Below are positions 18,101-25,555 of a stretch of DNA of 28,056 bases, in pieces. This DNA comes from Verrucomicrobiota bacterium (lineage in GTDB: Bacteria > Verrucomicrobiota > Verrucomicrobiia > Limisphaerales > Palsa-1400). A program made the position numbers and the translations under genes. The stretch is from positions 1 through 28,056 of the forward strand of contig JBEKYR010000056.1 of assembly GCA_049510745.1 (NCBI GenBank), written 5' to 3'. Numbering within the stretch: position 1 is the stretch's first letter; every line of letters starts with the position of its first letter. Below the pieces are notes generated by a model. It saw only the letters and a list, made by a program, of their open reading frames with translations. It made no database searches and had not been told where the DNA came from.

Positions 18101-18253
18101 CGGCTTTAGCTCGAACCCCTGCTGCGCCTCTGCCTTTATCGCCAGACCGTTGTAATGGGCGTGAATCATCGCGGGGGAATTCCCGGCTTCCGCCGCGGTC
18201 AAACTCTCGTTGGCGTTCATGGCGAAATGGAAGCTGACAAAGCCGTGGCGCAT
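18101..18253 (-). pseudogene. Tyrosine recombinase/integrase C-terminal remnant
   Basis: MRHGFVSFHFA...TAAEAGNSPAMIHAHY...AEAQQGF matches box II RH, G(H/N)S and the catalytic Tyr. Everything N-terminal is missing and vapC sits in its place. Confidence 0.75.
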
Positions 18254-18256
18254 TTT

Positions 18257-18643
18257 TTACCAGATGACGGGGATGTTGTACTGCGGGAAAGCCCGGTCAT
18301 GGCTTACGATCGTCAAGCTCTCTGCCAGTGCTTGCGCAATCAGCAGACGGTCAAAAGGGTCTTTGTGGCGCGCAGAAAGCGTCTCCAAGTGGAAAATGTG
18401 CTCCAGACGCACCGGCAAAATCACCACGGCGTTTTGCTCTGTCCAGTCGGCGATCATCGAACGCAGGGGCTTGCGAAGGGCCAATTTGCCCAGCGTGATT
18501 TTGAGTTGCATTTCCCATACGCTCGCCACGCTCAAGATAAGCTCGTTGGCCGGGTCTTCGCACGCCATCTTCGCTGCGGGCGACAGTTTCTCCGGCAGGC
18601 TGTCCGCCCATATAAAGGCGTGCGTATCCAGCAGGAGTCTCAT
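18257..18643 (-). CDS. vapC: VapC PIN-domain toxin
   Basis: MRLLLDTHAFIW, SVASVWEMQLK, HKDPFDRLLIAQA, IVSHD. ATGA overlap with the upstream antitoxin. Confidence 0.93.
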   Translation of the reverse strand: MRLLLDTHAFIWADSLPEKLSPAAKMACEDPANELILSVASVWEMQLKITLGKLALRKPLRSMIADWTEQNAVVILPVRLEHIFHLETLSARHKDPFDRLLIAQALAESLTIVSHDRAFPQYNIPVIW

Positions 18644-18888
18644 TTCTCTCCAAGCCAGAATTCTTCGGACAGGGGTTCGTCAAAATCGTCCCCAACAACC
18701 CAGGCCCCCCTATGGAGACCGAGCTTGCGGCGACCCGCTGTGATCGGCGGAACCGGCCGGACCATCGCAATCGGCAGCACTTTGGCAACGGGTTTGTTGT
18801 CCTCCGTGAGAACCACCTCATTTTCCTGGTTGGCGAGCGTCACCAAATCTTTCAGGCTGGTCTTCTTTGTCACTTCAATTGTTTTCAT
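18640..18888 (-). CDS. Antitoxin (Phd/YefM-like N-terminus, DDFDEPL C-terminus)
   Basis: SLKDLV...EVVLTEDNKPVAKVLP...RKLGLHRG..VVGDDFDEPL, translationally coupled to vapC. Confidence 0.85.
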   Translation of the reverse strand: MKTIEVTKKTSLKDLVTLANQENEVVLTEDNKPVAKVLPIAMVRPVPPITAGRRKLGLHRGAWVVGDDFDEPLSEEFWLGEK

Positions 18889-18982
18889 CGTCTGCCTCCG
18901 CAAGAAAAAGTCAAGCCGGCCGCCTCGCGCAGTCCGAATAGACGGCAACCCCCGCGGTGGCGGCGCCACTCCGCCCGGAATA

Positions 18983-19056
18983 TGGCTGTCCGACCTGGAT
19001 TCGAACCAGGACAAAAGCCTCCAAAGGGCCTTGTGCTACCGTTACACCATCGGACA
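18983..19056 (-). tRNA. tRNA-Gln(UUG)
   Basis: Minus strand TGTCCGATGGTGTAACGGTAGCACAAGGCC-CTTTGGA-GGCTTTTGTCCTGGTTCGAATCCAGGTCGGACAGCCA forms a cloverleaf with anticodon TTG and encoded CCA. Confidence 0.96.
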
Positions 19057-19111
19057 CCGATACTCTAAATTAACGTTTCCAAACGCGACTGCCAACCCAA
19101 AAATACGCCCC

Positions 19112-19771
19112 ATGACAATTCACCGCCTCTTCCCGCCCGCCTCCACGCTCGGCGTCGTCCTGCTCGGCGCGGGCGCCTCCTCGCGCATGGGCCGGCCCAA
19201 ACTGCTCCTGCCGTGGGGACGCACTTCGGTCATCGGCCATCTGCTCCATCAATGGCGGGCGTTGCGCGCGCGGCAGATCGCCGTGGTCTGCCGCGCCGCG
19301 GACCAACCCCTGGCCGCCGAGTTGGACCGCTTGCGTTTCCCGGCCCGGCGCCGGATCGATAACCCCCGCCCGGCACGCGGCATGTTCAGTTCCATTGTCT
19401 GCGCCGCAAACTGGGACGGCTGGGACCCGGCGGTGACGGCGTGGGTCATCGTTTTGGGCGATCAACCCCACCTGTCCCGGTCCACGCTTGGCGCGTTGCT
19501 GGCTTTTCAGCGCCGCCACCCGCACGCCGTCTGTCAGCCCGCCTACGGCGGCCACGGGCGGCATCCAGTGATCCTGCCGCGCGGCGCGTTCATGGAGTTG
19601 AAGAATTCCCGGGCCGGCACGCTGAAAAATTTTCTGAAAAAAACGTCGGTTCCCATCGTCCAATGCCCCATTGTTGATCGCGCCCTCGCGCTTGACTTCG
19701 ATCGGCCCGAGGACTATAAACGGCTGTTGTCATTTGCCAAACCATCGAGACATGAAAGACTCGAACCCTGA
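19112..19771 (+). CDS. mocA: Molybdenum cofactor cytidylyltransferase-like nucleotidyltransferase
   Basis: LLGAGASSRMGRPKLLLPW, NP...GMFSSI, LGDQP, GHGRHPV, DFDRPEDY; directly upstream of xanthine-oxidase-family subunits. Confidence 0.85.
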   Translation: MTIHRLFPPASTLGVVLLGAGASSRMGRPKLLLPWGRTSVIGHLLHQWRALRARQIAVVCRAADQPLAAELDRLRFPARRRIDNPRPARGMFSSIVCAANWDGWDPAVTAWVIVLGDQPHLSRSTLGALLAFQRRHPHAVCQPAYGGHGRHPVILPRGAFMELKNSRAGTLKNFLKKTSVPIVQCPIVDRALALDFDRPEDYKRLLSFAKPSRHERLEP

Positions 19772-20399
19772 AGGCTTCGGCGTCCAGTCCCGGCGGACAT
19801 TCTTCAAGAGTGTCGGCACGGCGGCGGTGACGGCGGCCGCCGCCAGCGCCCAAACGGTCGCGGCGGAACTCGAAAAAGCCAACGCCGAACAGATCATCGG
19901 CCCCGGAGCCGTGCCCGTCACTCTCCGGGTCAACGGCGCGCTCCTGAATCTCCAACTCGAGCCGCGGGTCACGCTGTTGGATGCATTGCGCAATTATTCC
20001 AGCCTGACCGGCTCGAAGGACGGTTGTGACCGCGCCGCCTGCGGCGCCTGCACAGTCCTGCTGGACGATGTGCCCGTTTATTCGTGCCAGAAGCTGGCCA
20101 TCGAAGCGCAAGGACACGCGATTACGACCGTCGAGGGCCTGGCGAAGGGCGGCGAATTGAGCACGATCCAAAAGGCCTTCCTGGAAAAGGACGCGCTCAT
20201 GTGCGGTTATTGCACGCCGGGCTTTCTGATCAGCCTCACCGCCTTGTTCAAGAAGAATCCCCATCCGACCGCCGATGAAATCCGGCACGCCTGCGCGGGC
20301 AACCTCTGCCGTTGCGGCACGCAGCCGCACATCATGCAAGCCGCCCTGCAAGCCGCCGGCGTCGCTGTCGCCAGCAAAACGGAGGTGATCCATGCTTAA
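19752..20399 (+). CDS. 2x[2Fe-2S] subunit of a xanthine-oxidase-family oxidoreductase with Tat signal (PaoA/YagT-like)
   Basis: SRRTFFK twin-arginine motif; GCDRAACGACTV...SC and CGYCTPG...NLCRCG cluster motifs. Confidence 0.93.
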   Translation: MKDSNPEGFGVQSRRTFFKSVGTAAVTAAAASAQTVAAELEKANAEQIIGPGAVPVTLRVNGALLNLQLEPRVTLLDALRNYSSLTGSKDGCDRAACGACTVLLDDVPVYSCQKLAIEAQGHAITTVEGLAKGGELSTIQKAFLEKDALMCGYCTPGFLISLTALFKKNPHPTADEIRHACAGNLCRCGTQPHIMQAALQAAGVAVASKTEVIHA

Positions 20400-22485
20400 G
20401 TGGCCCGAGCAGACGAAGTACATCAGCCATTCGACCCAACGCATCGACGCTCCGGCCAAGCTCACCGGGCGCGCCCGTTACGCTTCGGACATCCAGGCCG
20501 AGGGCTGGCTTTACGGCATGATCCTGCGCTCGAAATGGCCCGCCGCCAAAATCACCAAGATCAATCTCGACTCCGCTTTGAAAATCCCCGGCATCAAGGC
20601 GGCCATTACCGTGCGGGACGGCGAACGCGCCATTCGTTTTTACGGCGAAGAGCTGGCGGCCGTCGCCGGCACGACCAAACAAGCCTGTCTGGACGCCTTG
20701 CGCGCCATCGAAGTGGAAGCCACGCCGCATCCGCACGTCGTGCATGAAACCGAAGGCTTGAACGAGGATTCTCCGCGAGTTTGGCCCGATGCCCCCAACG
20801 CCCCGGCTGGACAACCCAGGGACCAAGGGAATATCGACGCGGCCTTCTCGGAATGCGCCGCCGTCATCGAAGGGTTTTACACCACCCCGGTTCAACTCCA
20901 CCACCCGATGGAGACGCACGGCAACACCGTCTCGTGGACCGACGAGGGCCTCACGGCCTGGGCGTCCACCCAGGGCATTTCCAGCGTGCGGGACGGGTTG
21001 ACGGGGGGCCTGCAACTGGACCAAAGCGCGGTCCGCGTCATCACCGAATACATGGGGGGCGGTTTCGGCTCGAAATTTGGCGCCGGAGTGGAAGGTCTCC
21101 TGGCCGCGCGGCTCTCGCGGCAGGCCAAAGCGCCCGTGCGCCTGATGCTCACCCGTTTTGACCAGGCGCTGGCGGTGGGCAACCGGCCTTCGAGTTTTCA
21201 AAAGATCAAACTGGGCGCCACAGCCGACGGCAAGTTGCACGCTTTCCAGTTGGACAATTACGGCACCGCCGGAATTGGCAGCGGCGCGGCTTCCGAAGGC
21301 GGCGGCGGCGGCGTGGATATTCCCGCCCCTTACATTTACATAGTTCCCAACGTCCATGTCAAACACACCGCCGTCGCGGTCAATGCCGGCTCGGCCCGCG
21401 CCTTTCGCGCGCCGGGCAATCCGCCCGCCTCTTTCGGCATGGAATCGGCCATGGACGACCTGGCCGTCAAGATGGGCCTCGACCCGCTGGAACTGCGCAT
21501 CCAAAACGACCCGAACGCAGTGCGCCAGCGCGAATACCAGGCCGGCTCCGAGCGGTTCGGATGGAAACAGAAATATCAAAAGCCCGGCGCCTCCCCCGGC
21601 CCGGTCAAAACCGGCGTCGGCTGCGCCAGCGCCAGTTGGGGGGGCGGCGGCAGCCGCCGGACGCAAGGCGACGCGCAAATCAATCCCGACGGCAGCATCG
21701 AGGTGCGCCTGGGTGTGCAGGACCTTGGCACCGGCACCCGCACGATTGTCGCCGTCGTCGCCGCCGAGATTCTGGGTCTCAAGCCCGATCAAATCACGGT
21801 CAAGATCGGCGACACGCGTTATCCGCCCGGCCCCGGCAGCGGCGGCAGCACGACCTGCGCGTCGGTCGCCCCCACGGTCTTCGACGTTTGCGCGCAGGCT
21901 CTGGAACAACTTCAGACGCAGAGCGGCATCCCCGACGCCCGCGGCGACAATTGGTTTGCCGCCTGCAAAAAGCTTGGGACCAACCCGCTGGTGGTGCATG
22001 GCAAATGGCAGGAGGGCCTCTCCTCCTCCGGCGCCGGCGGCGTGCAGTTTGCCGAAGTCGCCGTCGATACCGAGACCGGTTTGGTAACCGTCAAGAAGAT
22101 TGTCTGCGCGCAGGATTGCGGGCTGATCGTCAACCAGCTCACGCTCGAAAGCCAGATCAACGGCGGCATCATCATGGGCATGGGCTACGCTCTCTACGAG
22201 GAACGGGTCATGGACCGCCTCTCCGGCGTCGTGCTCAACCCGAATTTGGAAACCTACAAACTGCCCGGCTTGGCCGACATTCCCGAAATCGAGCTGGTGC
22301 TCCTGAACATGCCCGAACGGGGCGTCATCGGCGTCGGCGAACCGGCGACGATTCCGACCGCCTCCGCCATTGCCAACGCCGTGGCCAACGCCCTGGGCGC
22401 GCGGGTGTGCAGCCTGCCCATCACGCCGGCCAGGGTGCTCGCCGCCCTTGGCAAAGTCCCGGCCCCAACCGCCCCGCCAAAATGA
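20392..22485 (+). CDS. Molybdopterin-binding large subunit (PaoC/YagR-like)
   Basis: RIDAPAKLTGRARY, HHPMET, GGGFGSK, AFRAPG, QDLGTG, GSGGS, QINGGII.GMG, GVGEP (catalytic Glu). Confidence 0.94.
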   Translation: MLKWPEQTKYISHSTQRIDAPAKLTGRARYASDIQAEGWLYGMILRSKWPAAKITKINLDSALKIPGIKAAITVRDGERAIRFYGEELAAVAGTTKQACLDALRAIEVEATPHPHVVHETEGLNEDSPRVWPDAPNAPAGQPRDQGNIDAAFSECAAVIEGFYTTPVQLHHPMETHGNTVSWTDEGLTAWASTQGISSVRDGLTGGLQLDQSAVRVITEYMGGGFGSKFGAGVEGLLAARLSRQAKAPVRLMLTRFDQALAVGNRPSSFQKIKLGATADGKLHAFQLDNYGTAGIGSGAASEGGGGGVDIPAPYIYIVPNVHVKHTAVAVNAGSARAFRAPGNPPASFGMESAMDDLAVKMGLDPLELRIQNDPNAVRQREYQAGSERFGWKQKYQKPGASPGPVKTGVGCASASWGGGGSRRTQGDAQINPDGSIEVRLGVQDLGTGTRTIVAVVAAEILGLKPDQITVKIGDTRYPPGPGSGGSTTCASVAPTVFDVCAQALEQLQTQSGIPDARGDNWFAACKKLGTNPLVVHGKWQEGLSSSGAGGVQFAEVAVDTETGLVTVKKIVCAQDCGLIVNQLTLESQINGGIIMGMGYALYEERVMDRLSGVVLNPNLETYKLPGLADIPEIELVLLNMPERGVIGVGEPATIPTASAIANAVANALGARVCSLPITPARVLAALGKVPAPTAPPK

Positions 22486-23444
22486 AAGCCTTTCAATACG
22501 CCACCGCGCTCTCCACGGACAGCGCCCAGCAATTGGCCGCCGACAACGGCAGTTACCTCGCCGGCGGCAACGACCTTCTCGGCCAGTTGAAGGAATATCT
22601 GTCCAGCCCGAAAACGCTGGTCAATATCAAATCCATCCCCGGCTTGAACAGGATCGACGCCGGCGAAAAACAATGGACCATCGGGGCGCTGGTCACCGTC
22701 GCGCAGATCGAGAGCCACGCGCCACTCCGCCAGACGTTTCCCGTTCTCCAGCAAGCGGCGGCGGAAGTCGGCTCGCAACAGATTCGCAACGTCGCCACCC
22801 TCGGTGGCAATCTCGCCCAGCATTCCCGCTGCTGGTATTACCGGCATCGCGACACGCTATGTCTCAAGAAGGGCGGCGACCTGTGTTACGCCCGCCGCGC
22901 CGAAAACCGCTATCACAGTCTGTTCACGGGCAACACCTGCGTCAGCCCCGTCGTGTCGAACCTCGCCACCGCATTGACCGCGCTGGACGCCACCGCCATC
23001 GTTCTGAGGGACGGGAAGGAGACGCGCTGGAGCATGGCCGAGCTGTATCAGAAGGCCTGGGACAATCCCACCGCCCACAACTCCCTCAACCCCGGCGATT
23101 TGCTCCTGAAGGTGGAAATCCCCACCGGCCGTCGCCAGGGCGCCTATCTTCAAGTCAGCGACAAACACGCCTTCGACTGGGCGCTGGTCAGTTGCGCCGT
23201 CGCCGCCAACGTGGTCGCTGGCAAACTGCACCAGCCGCGCGTGGCGCTGGGCTGCCTCTCGCCCATGCCGCACCAGGCCGCCGCCGCCAACCAGTTCCTG
23301 GAAGGCAAACCACTGGACGAACCGACCGTCGCGCGCGCGGCCGACCTGCTCCTCAAAGACGCGCAACCGCTCGAATTCAACGGCTACAAGGTGCCGATGG
23401 CGCATGCCCTCATCCGCCGCGCGCTCCTCAGCCTCAAAGGGTGA
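22482..23444 (+). CDS. FAD-binding subunit with [4Fe-4S] insertion (PaoB/YagS/HcrB-like)
   Basis: ATGA-coupled start MKAFQY, YLAGGNDLL, QIRNVATLGGNL, four-Cys insertion RCWYYR..CLKKGGDLC...C, NGYKVP. Confidence 0.93.
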   Translation: MKAFQYATALSTDSAQQLAADNGSYLAGGNDLLGQLKEYLSSPKTLVNIKSIPGLNRIDAGEKQWTIGALVTVAQIESHAPLRQTFPVLQQAAAEVGSQQIRNVATLGGNLAQHSRCWYYRHRDTLCLKKGGDLCYARRAENRYHSLFTGNTCVSPVVSNLATALTALDATAIVLRDGKETRWSMAELYQKAWDNPTAHNSLNPGDLLLKVEIPTGRRQGAYLQVSDKHAFDWALVSCAVAANVVAGKLHQPRVALGCLSPMPHQAAAANQFLEGKPLDEPTVARAADLLLKDAQPLEFNGYKVPMAHALIRRALLSLKG

Positions 23445-23448
23445 CGCC

Positions 23449-23652
23449 ATGAACCCCGCCTTCTGCAAACATCTTCGCACCAAAAGAATTTATGTGGACG
23501 CGGCGCCGGAGGAGGCGTTTGCCGACCGGGAGGGCGCCGAAGCCTCCCCGTGCCACTTCTGGTGCAACCTGACGCAAACCGTCACCGGCCCCGACGACCG
23601 GCCTGTACATAAGAAAAGCTGCTCCGCCTCGCGCTCCTGTTTCGAGGAGTGA
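23449..23652 (+). CDS. Small Cys/His-rich hypothetical protein (67 aa)
   Basis: ATG 4 nt after the FAD-subunit stop; CKHLRTK...CHFWC..TQ...GPDD...C.....CFEE. Confidence 0.75.
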   Translation: MNPAFCKHLRTKRIYVDAAPEEAFADREGAEASPCHFWCNLTQTVTGPDDRPVHKKSCSASRSCFEE

Positions 23653-23664
23653 TCTGTTTCCGGT

Positions 23665-23730
23665 TTAATCGTAATTCTGATCTTCTTCCCGTCTTCAGAG
23701 GACAAGACGGGGGATTAAGATTACGATTAA
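23665..23730. repeat. Intergenic palindrome (REP-like; possible transcript end of the Mo operon)
   Basis: Outer arms TTAATCGTAAT / ATTACGATTAA and inner arms CCCGTCTT / AAGACGGG. Confidence 0.75.
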
Positions 23731-23810
23731 GATGAGAAATGGCCCGGAGAGCTGAAACTTTTTTGAATTTTCCCCGCGGGAACAAAGTCAGTCATGGAGG
23801 AACTTGAACA

Positions 23811-24485
23811 ATGGACCCAAGAGAACACAAACCCTTCGTCCTGCCGGCTGGCTTCACCTTGATTGAGCTGCTGGTGGTTATCGCCATTATCGCAATCCTG
23901 GCCGGAATGCTGCTGCCGGTGTTGGGCCGGGCGAAGGAGGAGTCGGTCAGGATCGACTGCGCCAACAATCTCAAACAACTGGGCTTGGGAATGCAGATGT
24001 ACGGCGACGACAACAATTCACTGCTGCCCATGGCACACGGCTCGGTGCCGTGGGGCGCCACCAATCCGCCGCCGTGGTCGGAGCCGCTGGCGTCCTATTA
24101 CAACAACACCAATATTCTGCGCTGCCCGGCGCTTTGCCAGCTCTTTGAGAAGTCCCCCTACAATTACTTCATGGGCTCGCGCGCCGCCTACGTCGCGGCG
24201 GGCGATACCGCCAGTGTGGACCTCAAAAACATCCGTCTTCCTGTCGTGTATATTTTATCCGGCGATTGCAATTACCCGTTCGACACGACCGACGCCGACC
24301 CGGACAACTACACGCAAGACACCCTCTTTGACTCGCGGTATCTGCCGCCGCGGGTGCATAACGGATGGTTGAACGTCTTGTTCGCCGACGAGCACGCGAG
24401 GAATTACCATGCCTTCAGCACCAACGACATGACCTTTTCCTACCGCCAGCCCGGCGTCCCTTGGGCGGCGGTGACGGCGCAGTGA
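23811..24485 (+). CDS. Prepilin-type N-terminal cleavage/methylation protein (DUF1559/H-X9-DG-like)
   Basis: [50 protein letters not shown]. Confidence 0.92.
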   Translation: MDPREHKPFVLPAGFTLIELLVVIAIIAILAGMLLPVLGRAKEESVRIDCANNLKQLGLGMQMYGDDNNSLLPMAHGSVPWGATNPPPWSEPLASYYNNTNILRCPALCQLFEKSPYNYFMGSRAAYVAAGDTASVDLKNIRLPVVYILSGDCNYPFDTTDADPDNYTQDTLFDSRYLPPRVHNGWLNVLFADEHARNYHAFSTNDMTFSYRQPGVPWAAVTAQ

Positions 24486-24563
24486 TTTGTCGTTCGAGAA
24501 ATCGAGGCGCGGCTGTTCCTCTTTGACTTCGAGTCAGCCAACAGCCAGAGTGACCTGACAATT

Positions 24564-24932
24564 GTGATCAATACTGATTCGCTTCTGCACCAACGGCTTG
24601 GCGGCGTCTTTTTCATCGCAGAAATCGAATTGACGCACGAATCGCTTGAGGATGCCCTCGGACGTGAGGCTGTTGCGCAGACGAGGATTCTGGGGCGGGA
24701 GTTTCGGTTGGTCATTCGTTCGGGTCTGCCAGATGAGGAGTTATCGATCACGTTGTATCACGAAATCCTGGAAGCGGCCACCGTGGCAAGCCCCCATCCA
24801 CCGGTGAGCGTTTTGGATTTGAATGAAGCGGGATTCGAGGCCGCAGCCCGGCGCGCGAATCAAACGTGGGGCGAGGCGTCTGTGGAAAATTTGAACCGCA
24901 TGTTGCAATTCTACGGATTTCGTGGAGAATAA
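24564..24932 (+). CDS. Hypothetical protein with a zincin-like HExxE motif
   Basis: LVIRSGLPDEELSITLYHEILEAAT...EAGFEAAA. Start codon uncertain. Confidence 0.65.
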   Translation: MINTDSLLHQRLGGVFFIAEIELTHESLEDALGREAVAQTRILGREFRLVIRSGLPDEELSITLYHEILEAATVASPHPPVSVLDLNEAGFEAAARRANQTWGEASVENLNRMLQFYGFRGE

Positions 24933-24937
24933 GATTG

Positions 24938-25165
24938 ATGGTTGAGCACGACAAAATTCAATTTGACCTGGTCAAACTGTTGAACGGCGAGCGAATTCTT
25001 CGCCTCACGGATCCGCAATCCGGCCTGTCTTTGGAAAAGAAGCTCAAGCCAGCCGAAGCGGTCGTCCGCCAAAAAGACCGCCTGCTTCAGGTATTTGAGG
25101 CGGCGCTGGCGCGAGCCGAATTGATCGGCGCGTCAGAGGTTGGCCTGCGCCCAGACCGTTCATAA
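24938..25165 (+). CDS. Small hypothetical protein
   Basis: GGAG upstream and ATG 5 nt after the previous stop; MVEHDKIQFDLVKLLNGERILRLTDPQSGLSLEKKL. Confidence 0.65.
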   Translation: MVEHDKIQFDLVKLLNGERILRLTDPQSGLSLEKKLKPAEAVVRQKDRLLQVFEAALARAELIGASEVGLRPDRS

Positions 25166-25317
25166 AGCGCAGGGCAGACAGTTCAAATTGCTTTGAGGAT
25201 CTCCATCGCGACCGCGAGAAGGTCTTCGCCTATGACTGGCACCGCATGAAGCCCCTCACCGTGTCGGACCTGAATCCAAACGAGTAAAAAGAAAAATGAG
25301 TTGAAGAGAGGAAAGAA

Positions 25318-25512
25318 ATGAAGATCGTATGGAATAGGATTCAACTCACCGCCCTGGTGATCGTGACCATAATCCTTTTGGCCTTCACTGTCGCAGAAAC
25401 GTTCTTTGATTTAAGAATGGGTGCGAGCGTGTTCGTTGGCATAAATAGTGCCATAATAGTGGCACTTGCTCTTTTCCTTTATCTGACCAGAGATAAAAAG
25501 ACTTCAAATTAA
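25318..25512 (+). CDS. Small two-TM membrane protein (low GC)
   Basis: Purine-rich RBS AGAGGAAAG, two hydrophobic segments, basic C-terminus. Confidence 0.6.
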   Translation: MKIVWNRIQLTALVIVTIILLAFTVAETFFDLRMGASVFVGINSAIIVALALFLYLTRDKKTSN

Positions 25513-25555
25513 GACACTTCCGAATATACGGCGGCCAACGCCCAACCGCCGGCCC

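Noticed and set aside
17600..19056. Intact prophage or ICE at tRNA-Gln
   Set aside because: Only an integrase fragment is present; no att duplication, structural or conjugation genes were found.
18155..19771. 538-aa ORF as an extended MocA fusion
   Set aside because: The 5' part is antisense to vapBC and the tRNA; the recognisable protein starts near ATG 19112.
21561..22481. N-terminal extension of the FAD subunit (627-aa ORF)
   Set aside because: It is an off-frame overlap with the Mo subunit; the true start is the ATGA-coupled ATG at 22482.
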